A stretch of DNA of 64,000 bases from an uncultured Pedobacter sp. (GCA_965650335.1 CBFGOI010000003.1:28152-92151); one strand, 5' to 3'. Shown: positions 25,288 to 35,464, counted from the first letter of the stretch. A program made the numbers and translations. Notes: generated by a model not told the origin, from the sequence alone.

Positions 25288-27408
25288 ATGTCTGTCGAAA
25301 CAACACGTTTTAAACACGTTAGCTACCTGTGGGATGACGCTAAAGCAGCCGAGCTTGCTGGTGATGAAGTAGGATTATTAATATATCGTTCCAATCTATT
25401 GGGAGCTGATTTGCGTCTTACGAATTATGGCGGTGGCAATACTTCTTGCAAAGCCATGGCTAAAGATCCTTTAACGGGAGAAGAAACTGAGGTTATGTGG
25501 ATTAAGGGTTCTGGTGGTGATATCGGTACTTTAAAACGCAGTGGACTTGCAGCCTTGTATGTAGATCGTTTACGTAGCTTGAAAAATGTATATAGAGGTA
25601 TAGAGCACGAGGATGAGATGGTTGAATTATTCAATCATTGCATTTACGATCTAAGCTCAAAAGCTCCTTCTATTGACACTCCCTTACACGGGTTTTTACC
25701 GTTTAAACACATTGATCACTTGCATCCGGATGCTGCAATCGCTATCGCGGCAGCGAAAGATGGTAAGAAAATCACTGAAGAATTATTTTCAGGAACTATT
25801 GGTTGGGTAGAATGGCAAAAACCGGGTTTTGATCTGGGTCTTCAGTTAAAGCAATGCCTTGACGAAAATCCTGGAATCCGTGGTATTATGCTCGGTTCTC
25901 ACGGCCTATTTACCTGGGGAGATACAGCATACGAAAGTTACATGAATACTCTCGAAGTAATTGAGCGTTGTGCGCAATACCTTGAAGAGAACTTTGGCAA
26001 AAAAGGTCCGGTATTTGGTGGTCAAAAAATTCAGAGCTTAGATCAGGAAAACCGTAAAAAACAGGCCGCATCAATTGCACCTATATTGCGTGGTTTCTGC
26101 TCAAGCGAAAGACACATGATCGGTCACTTTACGGATGATTCTCGTGTGCTTGAATTTATTAACTCGAATGATTTAGACAGGTTGGCTCCTCTTGGTACCA
26201 GTTGCCCGGATCACTTTTTACGCACCAAGATCAGCCCTTTAGTTTTGGATCTTGCACCTGATGCTGATTTATCAGATGTAAATGCGTTAAAAGAAAAGTT
26301 AGCTCCTGCTTTTGAAGCTTACCGTAAAATGTACACAGAGTATTATGAAACCTGTAAGCATCCAAACAGCCCTGCAATTCGCGACGCTAATCCCGTTATA
26401 ATTTTGTATCCTGGAGTTGGTATGTTTGCTTTTTCAAAAGACAAACAAACAGCTCGCGTTGCCGCAGAATTTTATACGAATGCTATCAACGTAATGAAAG
26501 GTGCGGAGGCAATCTCTGAATACACTTCATTGCCACGTCAGGAGGCCTTCAATATTGAGTACTGGTTGTTAGAAGAAGCAAAGCTTCAACGCATGCCAAA
26601 ACCAAAAGCTTTATCTGGTAAAATTGCTTTGATCACGGGCAGTGCTGGTGGTATTGGAAAAGCAATTGCTAAAAAGTTTGTTGATGAAGGCGCAGTGGTT
26701 ATTCTTAACGACATGAATGTTGAGCGTTTGGAGAGTGCGGGTGAAGATTTCAAAAGCCAGTATGGCAAAGATTCTTATGCAACAGCAGTTCTGGATGTAA
26801 CCAATAGTTCTCAAATTAAAGATGCCTTAGATATAGCTGCATTAGCGTTCGGAGGTGTCGACATCGTTGTAAACAATGCCGGTTTATCAATTTCAAAATC
26901 AATTGCCGATCACACCGAAAAAGATTGGGATCTGTTATATGATGTATTGGTTAAAGGCCAGTTTTTTGTAACTCAGGCTGCTGCGGCAACTATGCAAAAA
27001 CAAAACATTGGTGGCGATGTAATCAATATTGTAAGTAAAAATGCATTGGTTAGTGGTCCGAATAATGCGGGTTACGGAAGTGCTAAAGCAGCTCAGTTAC
27101 ATTTAAGCAGGTTAAACGCTGCCGAACTGGGTGCAGATAAAATCCGTGTCAACGTAGTAAACCCGGATGCTGTAATCAGCGATAGTAATATTTGGGCAGG
27201 TGGCTGGGCCGAAGGTCGTGCTAAAGCTTATGGAATTACTGTAGCAGAATTGCCTGCATATTATGCTAAACGTACATTGCTAAACGAAATCATATTGCCA
27301 GAAGATATTGCAAATGCTTGTTTCTCTTTTGCGGGAGGCCTTTTGAATAAATCTACCGGTAACGTTTTAAATGTTGACGGTGGCGTTGCAATGGCCTTTG
27401 TGAGATAA
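25288..27408 (+). CDS. rhaEW: Bifunctional rhamnulose-1-phosphate aldolase / short-chain (lactaldehyde) dehydrogenase
   Basis: Class II aldolase part (NYGGGNTSCK, PSIDTPLH, HLHPD, CPDHFLRTK) fused to an SDR (ITGSAGGIGKA, NNAG, YGSAK). Confidence 0.9.
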   Translation: MSVETTRFKHVSYLWDDAKAAELAGDEVGLLIYRSNLLGADLRLTNYGGGNTSCKAMAKDPLTGEETEVMWIKGSGGDIGTLKRSGLAALYVDRLRSLKNVYRGIEHEDEMVELFNHCIYDLSSKAPSIDTPLHGFLPFKHIDHLHPDAAIAIAAAKDGKKITEELFSGTIGWVEWQKPGFDLGLQLKQCLDENPGIRGIMLGSHGLFTWGDTAYESYMNTLEVIERCAQYLEENFGKKGPVFGGQKIQSLDQENRKKQAASIAPILRGFCSSERHMIGHFTDDSRVLEFINSNDLDRLAPLGTSCPDHFLRTKISPLVLDLAPDADLSDVNALKEKLAPAFEAYRKMYTEYYETCKHPNSPAIRDANPVIILYPGVGMFAFSKDKQTARVAAEFYTNAINVMKGAEAISEYTSLPRQEAFNIEYWLLEEAKLQRMPKPKALSGKIALITGSAGGIGKAIAKKFVDEGAVVILNDMNVERLESAGEDFKSQYGKDSYATAVLDVTNSSQIKDALDIAALAFGGVDIVVNNAGLSISKSIADHTEKDWDLLYDVLVKGQFFVTQAAAATMQKQNIGGDVINIVSKNALVSGPNNAGYGSAKAAQLHLSRLNAAELGADKIRVNVVNPDAVISDSNIWAGGWAEGRAKAYGITVAELPAYYAKRTLLNEIILPEDIANACFSFAGGLLNKSTGNVLNVDGGVAMAFVR

Positions 27409-27414
27409 AATAAA

Positions 27415-27474
27415 GATCGGAAAGTATGAGATCAGAAAGCTATAAATGGCTGATATGGATCATACTTTCTGACC
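27415..27474. repeat. Imperfect intergenic inverted repeat between rhaEW and rhaI
   Basis: tcggaaagtatga (27417-27429) pairs with tcatactttctga (27460-27472). gatcagaaag at 27430 is a direct echo of gatcggaaag. Confidence 0.6.
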
Positions 27475-27571
27475 TTAATTAATCCTTACCTTGCCTGGAA
27501 TGTTTAAGAAAATTAATCAGTAAAATCTGTCTCTTGTCTTCCCGACTTTTGGACTGAATAAAGAAATAACC

Positions 27572-28846
27572 ATGAAACTCGAAAAATATCAGATTGAGGA
27601 GCACAATAATAAACAAGCTCAGCAACACAAAAGAAAATTTGAATTTGTAGCACAAGAGGTTGCTGGCGTAGAGGGTATTATCCAAAAACTTATTAAGTTT
27701 CAGATCGCAATACCTAGCTGGGCTTTAGGTACCGGCGGTACTCGTTTCGGCAGATTTTCTGGCGGTGGAGAGCCTCGCAACCTTGAAGAGAAAATGGAAG
27801 ATATCGGTTTATTGCATCAACTGAACCAGTCGAGCGGTGCAATATCTCTTCACATTCCATGGGATATCCCAGAAAATGCGAATTCAATCAAGGCTTTAGC
27901 TGCGCAATACGGTTTGAAATTTGATGCGGTGAATTCAAATACCTTTCAGGATCAACCAGGGCAACAACACAGTTATAAATTTGGCTCTTTACAGCATGTT
28001 GATAAAGCAGTACGTAAGCAAGCCATTGAGCATAATATTGAAGTAATCCGTCAGGGTGTTGAATTAGGATCTGATTCATTAACCGTTTGGCTAGCGGATG
28101 GTTCGAGTTTTCCTGGTCAGTTGAATTTCCGTAAAGCTTTTAACAATACCTACGAAAGTTTACAGGAAATTTATGCAGCGCTTCCAGACAATTGGAAAGT
28201 GTTTGTAGAGTACAAAGCATTCGAACCAAACTTTTACTCAATGACGGTAGGGGACTGGGGACAATCGTTGCTTTATGCCAACAAATTAGGTCCAAAGGCT
28301 TACACTCTTGTAGATTTAGGTCATCATTTGCCTAATGCGAATATCGAGCAAATTGTTTCTTTATTACTTAATGAAGGCAAATTAGGTGGTTTCCACTTTA
28401 ACGATTCAAAATACGGCGACGACGATTTAACTGCGGGCTGTATGAAGCCTTATCAGCTGTTTCTAATCTTTAACGAATTGGTTGAAGGTATGGACGCGAA
28501 GGGAATTGATCATGCAACCGGTTTAGGCTGGATGATTGATGCATCTCACAATATTAAAGATCCACTTGAAGATTTGTTGCAATCTGTTGAAGCAATTATG
28601 ATGGCTTATGCTCAGGCTCTGCTGGTGGATACAAAGGCATTAGATCAGGCCCGTCAGGAAAATGATGTGGTACGTTGCCAGGAGATTTTGCAAAATGCAT
28701 TCCGCACAGACGTTAGATCTATTGTTGCCGAAGCAAGATTACGTTCTAACGCAGCTTTAAATCCGGTTCAATTATACCGTGAATTAAAAGTTAGAGAAAG
28801 TCTGGTTGGTGAACGTGGATTAAAGACCGTAGCAACGGGATTGTAA
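27572..28846 (+). CDS. rhaI: L-rhamnose isomerase (RhaI type, xylose-isomerase-like TIM barrel)
   Basis: PSWALGTGGTRFGRF, SLHIPWD, WLADG, EYKAFEP, LVDLGHH and HFNDSKYGDDDL, in rhamnose operon context. Confidence 0.88.
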   Translation: MKLEKYQIEEHNNKQAQQHKRKFEFVAQEVAGVEGIIQKLIKFQIAIPSWALGTGGTRFGRFSGGGEPRNLEEKMEDIGLLHQLNQSSGAISLHIPWDIPENANSIKALAAQYGLKFDAVNSNTFQDQPGQQHSYKFGSLQHVDKAVRKQAIEHNIEVIRQGVELGSDSLTVWLADGSSFPGQLNFRKAFNNTYESLQEIYAALPDNWKVFVEYKAFEPNFYSMTVGDWGQSLLYANKLGPKAYTLVDLGHHLPNANIEQIVSLLLNEGKLGGFHFNDSKYGDDDLTAGCMKPYQLFLIFNELVEGMDAKGIDHATGLGWMIDASHNIKDPLEDLLQSVEAIMMAYAQALLVDTKALDQARQENDVVRCQEILQNAFRTDVRSIVAEARLRSNAALNPVQLYRELKVRESLVGERGLKTVATGL

Positions 28847-28849
28847 AAT

Positions 28850-29012
28850 AGATTTGAGATACGAGGTGTTAGATTTGAGAAGGCATAGTTCAAGCTGTTT
28901 GCTGTTTGCCATTCACATCGAATAAAAATATGTGGGATTTGAGAAGTGCGGCTCTAGACCCTGCATTTCTCAAGTCTCATATCTAACATCTCAAATCTCT
29001 CATCTCATATCT
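28850..29012. repeat. Short-unit degenerate repeats in inverted arrangement, intergenic
   Basis: agatttgaga at 28850 and 28871 (gatttgaga again at 28936). Complementary array tctcaagtctcatatctaacatctcaaatctctcatctcatatct at 28968-29012. Confidence 0.7.
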
Positions 29013-29021
29013 AAAAAACCA

Positions 29022-30413
29022 ATGAGTAAAACCCCGGTAATAGCAGTATTTGATGTTGGGAAGACCAACAAAAAGCTTTTCTTTTTCGATGAGCAATACA
29101 AGATAGTTCTTGAACGAACTTCGCGTTTTGAAGAAACCGTTGATGAAGAAGGTGATCCTTGTGAAGACTTAGTTAATTTAACAAACTGGATTAAGGTTAC
29201 TCTTGCTGAGGTGATGCAATTGCGGCAGTTCGAGATTAAGGGTATTAACTTCTCGGCCTACGGTGCAAGCTTTGTTCATATCGACGAAAGCGGAAATCCA
29301 ATCGGATGTTTATATAATTATTTAAAACCATATCCCGAGGAGTTAAAGGAAGAGTTCTATAACCAATATGGTGGCGAGTTAAAGGTTTCTACCGAAACGG
29401 CATCTCCTGTGTTAGGAAATTTGAACTCCGGCATGCAACTCTACAGACTTAAATACCAAAAACCAGAAGTATATAGCAGGATAAAGTATTCGTTACATCT
29501 GCCTCAGTATTTAAGCTATCTGATAACAGGACAATTTTATAGCGATATAACGAGTGTCGGTTGTCATACCAATTTATGGGATTTTACAAAGCAAGATTAT
29601 CATCGATGGGTGAAAGATGAGGGTATCATTAACAAGCTTGCTCCGCTTCATCCCTCAGATTCTGCTATTGAAGTAAACATCGGAGGCAATAAATATTCGG
29701 TAGGAATAGGCCTTCACGATAGTTCTTCTGCGCTGATTCCTTTTTTTACAAGTTTCCACGAGCCTTTTGTATTAATATCTACAGGCACTTGGTGTGTAAC
29801 ATTGAATCCATTTAACTCATCTCCCCTTACAAGCGAGGAATTAAAGAGCGATTGCTTATGTTATATCAGTTATAAAGGGAAACCGGTTAAAGCTTCGCGG
29901 GTATTTGCAGGCAATGAGCACGATCATCAATCGAAACGTATAGCTGAACATTACAAAAAGCCGGCTGACTTTTATAAGAAAGTTAAATACAATTCTACCA
30001 TCATTAGCAAGCTTCAAGGCAATGCTAAAGAAGTGGGACTAATTGTTAATTGGGATAATTTGGCTAACTCGGGTTTTGAGAAAAGAGATTTGTCTGTTTT
30101 TGCAAATGCAGAAGAAGCCTATCATCAATTAATTATAGATTTGGTTAAACTTCAGGCAGTTTCTACCAATATGGTAGTAAAAGGAACCGGAGTTAAACGT
30201 ATTTTTGTCGACGGTGGCTTTAGCAATAACACTATTTATATGCAATTGCTGGCTGCAGCATTTCCTGATATGGAAGTTTTTGCCGCTTCTGTGGCTCAGG
30301 CCACTTCTATCGGTGCAGCGCTCGCAATTCATAAACACTGGAATAGCAAGTCTTTGCCGACAAATATTATAGATTTAAAATATTATTCAGCTTCACAGGA
30401 AATAGAAATATGA
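29022..30413 (+). CDS. FGGY-family sugar kinase, probable L-rhamnulokinase (RhaB-like role)
   Basis: ATG at 29022 (MSKTPVIAVFDVGKTNKK), GLHDSSSA, ISTGTW and VDGGFS. The track's longer start at 28932 translates the repeat. Confidence 0.82.
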   Translation: MSKTPVIAVFDVGKTNKKLFFFDEQYKIVLERTSRFEETVDEEGDPCEDLVNLTNWIKVTLAEVMQLRQFEIKGINFSAYGASFVHIDESGNPIGCLYNYLKPYPEELKEEFYNQYGGELKVSTETASPVLGNLNSGMQLYRLKYQKPEVYSRIKYSLHLPQYLSYLITGQFYSDITSVGCHTNLWDFTKQDYHRWVKDEGIINKLAPLHPSDSAIEVNIGGNKYSVGIGLHDSSSALIPFFTSFHEPFVLISTGTWCVTLNPFNSSPLTSEELKSDCLCYISYKGKPVKASRVFAGNEHDHQSKRIAEHYKKPADFYKKVKYNSTIISKLQGNAKEVGLIVNWDNLANSGFEKRDLSVFANAEEAYHQLIIDLVKLQAVSTNMVVKGTGVKRIFVDGGFSNNTIYMQLLAAAFPDMEVFAASVAQATSIGAALAIHKHWNSKSLPTNIIDLKYYSASQEIEI

Positions 30414-31144
30414 AAGTCGGGTTATTTATACCCTGTTATGTAGATCAGTTTTATCCTAATGCCGCTATCGCGACGCTTCAATTATTAGAAAAATTTGGAG
30501 TAGAGGTGGTATTTCCCAAAAAGCAAACCTGCTGCGGTCAGCCAATGGCCAATTCAGGTTTTTCTCATTTATCGGGCGAGTGTGATGAGCTGTTTGTCGA
30601 GAATTTTGCCGAATTTGATTATGTAGTATGCCCTTCCGGGAGCTGTGTACTTCATGTTAAGGATCATTTGCATTCATCTAAACATCCCGAGAAGGCAAAA
30701 GAAATACGCACAAAGGTATATGAGCTGGTAGAGTTTCTTACCGATGTTCTTGAGGTAAAAGAACTAAAAGCCAGTTTTCCGCATAAAGTGGGCGTCCATC
30801 AAAGCTGTCACGGTCTGAGAGGTTTAAAGCTGTCGCAGATGAGCGAATTAGTGGCGCCAAAATTTTCTAAACCGGAACAATTATTAAACATGGTTAGCGG
30901 AATAGAGCTAATTACCTTAACCCGTGTGGACGAGTGTTGTGGTTTTGGGGGGACTTTTTGTGTTGCCGAAGAAGCAGTTTCTGCAAAGATGGGTAAAGAC
31001 CGGGTTGCCGACCATGTAAAAAATGGGGCAGAATATATTACAGGTGCAGATCTATCATGTCTTATGCACATGGAAGGCATCTTGAAAAGGCAAAAAAGCA
31101 ATGTGAAAATAATACACATCGCCGAAATTTTGAACGCAGGCTAA
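30410..31144 (+). CDS. lutA: L-lactate utilization protein A (YkgE/LutA, two CCG domains)
   Basis: FIPCYVDQ, TCCGQP, CPSGSC, HQSCH, ECCGFGGTF and DLSCLMH. Confidence 0.9.
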   Translation: MKVGLFIPCYVDQFYPNAAIATLQLLEKFGVEVVFPKKQTCCGQPMANSGFSHLSGECDELFVENFAEFDYVVCPSGSCVLHVKDHLHSSKHPEKAKEIRTKVYELVEFLTDVLEVKELKASFPHKVGVHQSCHGLRGLKLSQMSELVAPKFSKPEQLLNMVSGIELITLTRVDECCGFGGTFCVAEEAVSAKMGKDRVADHVKNGAEYITGADLSCLMHMEGILKRQKSNVKIIHIAEILNAG

Positions 31145-31173
31145 AATACTTAGAGATTTGTAAGGTTTAGACC

Positions 31174-31307
31174 TTGTCATCTTGAACTCGCTCAGGATTT
31201 TAAATACAACTGGAAGATGCTGGAACAAGTTCAGCACGACGTGTGCTTAGCCTTTGGGTGGATTGTTCTCCCGAGAGCTTGTCATCCTGAAGTCGTTTCA
31301 GGATCTC
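31174..31307. repeat. REP-like palindromic units between lutA and lutB
   Basis: ttgtcatcttgaactcgctcaggattt (31174-31200), aagatgctggaacaagttcagcacgac (31214-31240) and ttgtcatcctgaagtcgtttcaggatctc (31279-31307), the last with an atcctgaa/ttcaggat stem. Confidence 0.7.
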
Positions 31308-31339
31308 AGTAACTGGTGATATGATTTCACCATTGAAAA

Positions 31340-32734
31340 ATGAATTTCATGAAAGAAGAATTAGTGAAAGATCACGCAGAATTATCAGATATCTTCAACC
31401 AGGATGAGCCACGTGTTAACTGGCACGATGAGACTCTTTGGTTTGTTCGTCAAAAGCGCGATAAAGCAGTAAATACCATTCCTGAATGGGAGCTGCTAAG
31501 AGAAACTGCATCTCAAATCAAACATAATGTACTTTCAAACTTAAGCGCTTACCTAGAGCAGTTTGAGGCAAATGCCTTGGCGAATGGCGCTCAGGTGCAC
31601 TGGGCTGCCGACGCGAAAGAGCATAACGAGATAGTACTTTCAATTTTAAATAAAAACTCGGTTAACAGAATGGTAAAGAGTAAATCCATGTTAACGGAGG
31701 AATGCCACCTAAACGATTTTCTATCAGAAAATGGAATTGAAGTGGTCGATTCTGATTTGGGAGAACGGATTGTTCAGCTAGCGCAGGAGCCACCAAGCCA
31801 TATTGTATTGCCTTGCATCCATAAAAAGAAAGAGGAAATAGGCGATTTGTTCCACATCCACTTGGGTACAGCCGCCGGGGAGGCAGATCCGCAGGTGCTA
31901 ACCGAGGCCGCTAGGCAGGATCTCAGAAATACGTTTCTTACCAGGAAAGCTGCTTTAACAGGTGTTAACTTCGCGGTAGCCGAAACAGGAGAAGTTGTGG
32001 TTTGTACCAATGAGGGAAACGCCGATATGGGCGTGCATTTAGCTGATGTACACATCGCCTCTATGGGCATTGAAAAGATTATCCCCCAAAGGAAACATCT
32101 GGGCTTTTTTCTGAGATTGCTAACACGAAGTGCTACTGGGCAGCCTATCACAACCTATTCAAGCCATTTCAAGAAGCCTCGTCCCGGTACAGAGATGCAC
32201 ATTATCCTTGTTGATAACGGCAGAAGTCGGCAGCTGGGTAGAGAAGACTTCAGAAACTCGTTAAAGTGTATTCGTTGCGGCGCTTGCATGAATACCTGCC
32301 CGGTTTACAGAAGAAGCGGCGGACATAGTTATCATTATGCGATCTCTGGCCCGATTGGGTCAATTTTGGCGCCGAATCTGGATATGAAAAAAAATGCAGA
32401 CTTACCTTTTGCGTCAACGCTTTGCGGTTCGTGCTCAAACGTGTGTCCAGTAAAAATTGACATCCACGATCAGCTGTATAAATGGCGGCAGGTATTGGTG
32501 AAAGAAGGGTATGTAAGTACTGTTAAAGCTGCAGGAATGCGCGGCATGGCATGGGTGTTTTCGTTTCCTGCTCTGTTTAATATCGCGGGAAAATCCGGAC
32601 GCTGGTTTATGAAATATTTTCCATTTATGGTTAGTAATAAATTAAACCCCTGGTATAAAGAACGCGAAATGCCCGAGCCACCTAAAGAGTCGTTTAGAGA
32701 ATGGTATGCGAAGAGGGAGAAGGGGAAGAAGTAA
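31340..32734 (+). CDS. lutB: L-lactate utilization protein B (YkgF/LutB, 4Fe-4S)
   Basis: VKSKSMLTEE, DLGERIVQL, PSHIVLP, TNEGNA, CIRCGACMNTCP and STLCGSCSNVCP. Confidence 0.93.
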   Translation: MNFMKEELVKDHAELSDIFNQDEPRVNWHDETLWFVRQKRDKAVNTIPEWELLRETASQIKHNVLSNLSAYLEQFEANALANGAQVHWAADAKEHNEIVLSILNKNSVNRMVKSKSMLTEECHLNDFLSENGIEVVDSDLGERIVQLAQEPPSHIVLPCIHKKKEEIGDLFHIHLGTAAGEADPQVLTEAARQDLRNTFLTRKAALTGVNFAVAETGEVVVCTNEGNADMGVHLADVHIASMGIEKIIPQRKHLGFFLRLLTRSATGQPITTYSSHFKKPRPGTEMHIILVDNGRSRQLGREDFRNSLKCIRCGACMNTCPVYRRSGGHSYHYAISGPIGSILAPNLDMKKNADLPFASTLCGSCSNVCPVKIDIHDQLYKWRQVLVKEGYVSTVKAAGMRGMAWVFSFPALFNIAGKSGRWFMKYFPFMVSNKLNPWYKEREMPEPPKESFREWYAKREKGKK

Positions 32735-32738
32735 GAAA

Positions 32739-32768
32739 AAAGGTGAAAGGTAAAAAGGTAAAAGGTGA
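32739..32768 (+). repeat. Degenerate ~7-nt tandem repeat (aaaggt[g/a])
   Basis: aaaaggtgaaaggtaaaaaggtaaaaggtga, just after the lutB stop. Confidence 0.6.
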
Positions 32769-32844
32769 CAGGATATAGGTGAAAGCGAGTATGGGATTCA
32801 ATCAATCTGTACATCTATTATTCAAATAAATTCTACATTAATTC

Positions 32845-33426
32845 ATGGGTAGCAGAGATAAAATATTGGCGGCTGTAAAAGCCAATCAACCGGCACTGAT
32901 AGAAATTCCGGTTGTGAATATTCCTCAATCGACAGATGGGCTTGTTGAACGGTTTACGGCAATTGCAACGGCAATTGGAAGTAAAGTGATTGAAATTGAA
33001 AGCCTGGAGGAAATAAAAGAGTATGTAAGCGGACATTTCGGTGCGCCTTCGCGAGTTATTTCTTCTTTTTCAGAATTATCTGCTATCGCTGAAACGAATA
33101 TATCGGGGTTTGACCCTCACGAATTAGAGAATGTAGATTTCGCCATTCTTAAGGCCGAGATGGCAGTGGCAGAAAATGGCGCTTTGTGGGTTCCGGAAGG
33201 AAATACCATGCAGCGGGTTTTGCCATTTATTACACAGCATCTCGCCCTTGTGGTTTCAAAGAATACGCTCGTTCCAACGATGCATCAGGCATATGGACTT
33301 ATTGGCGATAGGGAGTATGGATACAGTGCTTTTATAGCGGGGCCATCTAAAACAGCCGATATAGAACAATCACTGGTGCTGGGTGCGCACGGACCAAGAT
33401 CCATGGTTGTATTTTTGATAAAATAA
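32845..33426 (+). CDS. lutC: L-lactate utilization protein C (YkgG/LutC, LUD domain)
   Basis: AENGALW, FIAGPSKTADIEQSLVLGAHGP. Confidence 0.92.
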   Translation: MGSRDKILAAVKANQPALIEIPVVNIPQSTDGLVERFTAIATAIGSKVIEIESLEEIKEYVSGHFGAPSRVISSFSELSAIAETNISGFDPHELENVDFAILKAEMAVAENGALWVPEGNTMQRVLPFITQHLALVVSKNTLVPTMHQAYGLIGDREYGYSAFIAGPSKTADIEQSLVLGAHGPRSMVVFLIK

Positions 33427-33736
33427 GCATCTCTGCAAGTGTTTTTTTTTGAATGTTATCGCTCTGAAGTTTAGCTAATCAAGTGGAATTTTAAAAGTCA
33501 TTCTATTTTCATCTGCCGCTTCATTGTACGGAGGGGATTATTCTGTTGATTCTAGCTGCCATTTGAATCTAATTAACATCACGCTTTAACACCCAGTTTA
33601 GCCAATAAACATAATTACTTTTTACATTGCAGCACGGTGCAGGTTGGCTATGTTCAGAAATAATACTATGTTTAGATAACGAACCTGTTACACTACGCAA
33701 TGCTATATAGTGGTCTATCAAACCGTGTAAAAGAGT

Positions 33737-34315
33737 ATGCTGAAAAAACTTTCTGATAATGATCTTCTTGAATTACTGAAGGATGGCCAGATGGCTGCAT
33801 TCGACGAGTTATACAATCGTTATTGGTCTAAATTATATTCCCAGGCCTATAAGAGAATTAACAGAACTGAAGTGGCAGAGGAGATTGTTCAGGATTTTTT
33901 TACCAGCCTTTGGATCAATAAAGATTCGGTGATCATTCATACATCGTTCAGTAATTATGCCTATGCGGCTGTTAGGAATCTTGTTTTTAAGCAATATCAG
34001 AAAGAATATAACGTCCGAAAATTCGAAGATGCTCATAAAATGAGCCTTGTTGAAAGCGATACTTCAACCGAGCAACTCATAGAGTTAAATGATTTGCGAC
34101 GGGTACTGGAGCAACAGGTAGAAACTCTGCCTCCCAAATGCAGAGGGGTTTTTAATCTCAGTCGCAAAGAATATAAAAGCAATAAAGAAATTGCTGCCAT
34201 TCTTGAGATTTCTGAGAAGACGGTTGAAAATCATATGACAAAAGCACTTAAAACGCTGCGTTTAAGTGTAAAAAATATTATCCCGCTAGTTTTAGCCTTT
34301 TCTAAGTTTTTTTAA
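33737..34315 (+). CDS. ECF sigma-70 factor (Bacteroidota PUL-associated type)
   Basis: AFDELYNRYW, AEEIVQDFFTSLW and region 4 LPPKCRGVFNLSR...KEIAAILEISEKTVENH. Confidence 0.93.
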   Translation: MLKKLSDNDLLELLKDGQMAAFDELYNRYWSKLYSQAYKRINRTEVAEEIVQDFFTSLWINKDSVIIHTSFSNYAYAAVRNLVFKQYQKEYNVRKFEDAHKMSLVESDTSTEQLIELNDLRRVLEQQVETLPPKCRGVFNLSRKEYKSNKEIAAILEISEKTVENHMTKALKTLRLSVKNIIPLVLAFSKFF

Positions 34316-34390
34316 ATATTTTTTTATTTCACTAGGGGTTAGGTGGTAGTTTGAGAACTATGTACCTATACCGGATATTCTAATCATTCA

Positions 34391-35410
34391 ATGCAAGACG
34401 AAGTAATATTTCAATTAGTTGATAAGTATCTCAAGGGAGAATGCACCCTTGAAGAAGAGATGGTTATTATGAACTGGTATAATTCTTTTAATTCTACAGT
34501 TGACCCTATATCACTTTTATCTGAAAAACAGCAAGACGATCTAAAAGCCGCTATGCTTAGTCGCATCAAATTTAAAATCTCAACGATGCCGGTCGTCCAT
34601 TCGAAAAGATCAACCAATTCAATAAAAGGGTATTATTATGCTGCGGCAAGTATTGCCGCGGCATTTTTGATTGTGTTTTCATTACTGAATCAGAACTTTA
34701 AAAAGGGTAAGCCGGAAGAGAATGTTTTAGCAGAGATTGCTACTCAAATTAATTTTAAGAACGATCTTAACAGGATTCAAAAATATATTTTACCCGATAG
34801 CACGATTGTATGGCTTCAGCCTGATGCCGCTATCAGTTACGATCATGATTTTGTTCGACAAACACGGGATATAAAATTGGCTGGCGAAGCATTTTTTGAA
34901 GTAACGAAGGATGCAAAACACCCATTCCTGATTCACAGCGATGACTTTATTACCAAAGTATTAGGTACAAGCTTTAACGTGAAATCTTATGCAGGGGCTA
35001 ACAATGCCGAGGTTTCGGTGGTTACAGGTAAGGTTTTGGTTTATACTCCGGCTTCAAAAAATGAAAAATTGCGCAGTGTTTATCTGCTTCCAGCACAAAA
35101 GGTGACATACAATAAGGCCAAACATCAATTGATAAAACTCAAAGTCGAGGAGCCAACTTTAAGCATTTGGGAAAAGAATACCCTCTCTTTTGAAAATGAA
35201 CCAATCACTAAAGTGGTCGAAACTTTAAATAGAACGTTTAAAGCCAAAATCATTTTAACGGATCCTGATATCAGCCAGTTAACCTTAAGAGCGGATTTTA
35301 CAGATGTTAATTTGCCTAATATTATGGACATGCTGTCCAAATCTTTAAATATTACTTATGAGCTTAACGGAGATACAATCATAATCTCCAAAAAACCTGA
35401 AACTAACTAA
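34391..35410 (+). CDS. FecR-family anti-sigma factor
   Basis: Cytoplasmic N-terminus, one TM, LPDSTIVWLQPDA, LAGEAFFEV, VLGTSFNV and a C-terminal domain (LSFENEPI...LDMLSK-like). Confidence 0.92.
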   Translation: MQDEVIFQLVDKYLKGECTLEEEMVIMNWYNSFNSTVDPISLLSEKQQDDLKAAMLSRIKFKISTMPVVHSKRSTNSIKGYYYAAASIAAAFLIVFSLLNQNFKKGKPEENVLAEIATQINFKNDLNRIQKYILPDSTIVWLQPDAAISYDHDFVRQTRDIKLAGEAFFEVTKDAKHPFLIHSDDFITKVLGTSFNVKSYAGANNAEVSVVTGKVLVYTPASKNEKLRSVYLLPAQKVTYNKAKHQLIKLKVEEPTLSIWEKNTLSFENEPITKVVETLNRTFKAKIILTDPDISQLTLRADFTDVNLPNIMDMLSKSLNITYELNGDTIIISKKPETN

Positions 35411-35464
35411 AATTTAACCTAACCCCCCTGCATGAAAAATGAAATAGAATAATTAGAAAGTATT

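Noticed and set aside
28932-29021. 30-aa N-terminal extension of the kinase in the ORF track
   Set aside because: It is translation through the intergenic repeat (SQVSYLTSQISHLIS); the FGGY domain starts right after ATG 29022.
34333-34365. TAGGGG...TGTAC as an ECF-sigma promoter for fecR-susC
   Set aside because: The 22-nt spacing is long for an ECF promoter and I cannot verify the consensus for this sigma group.
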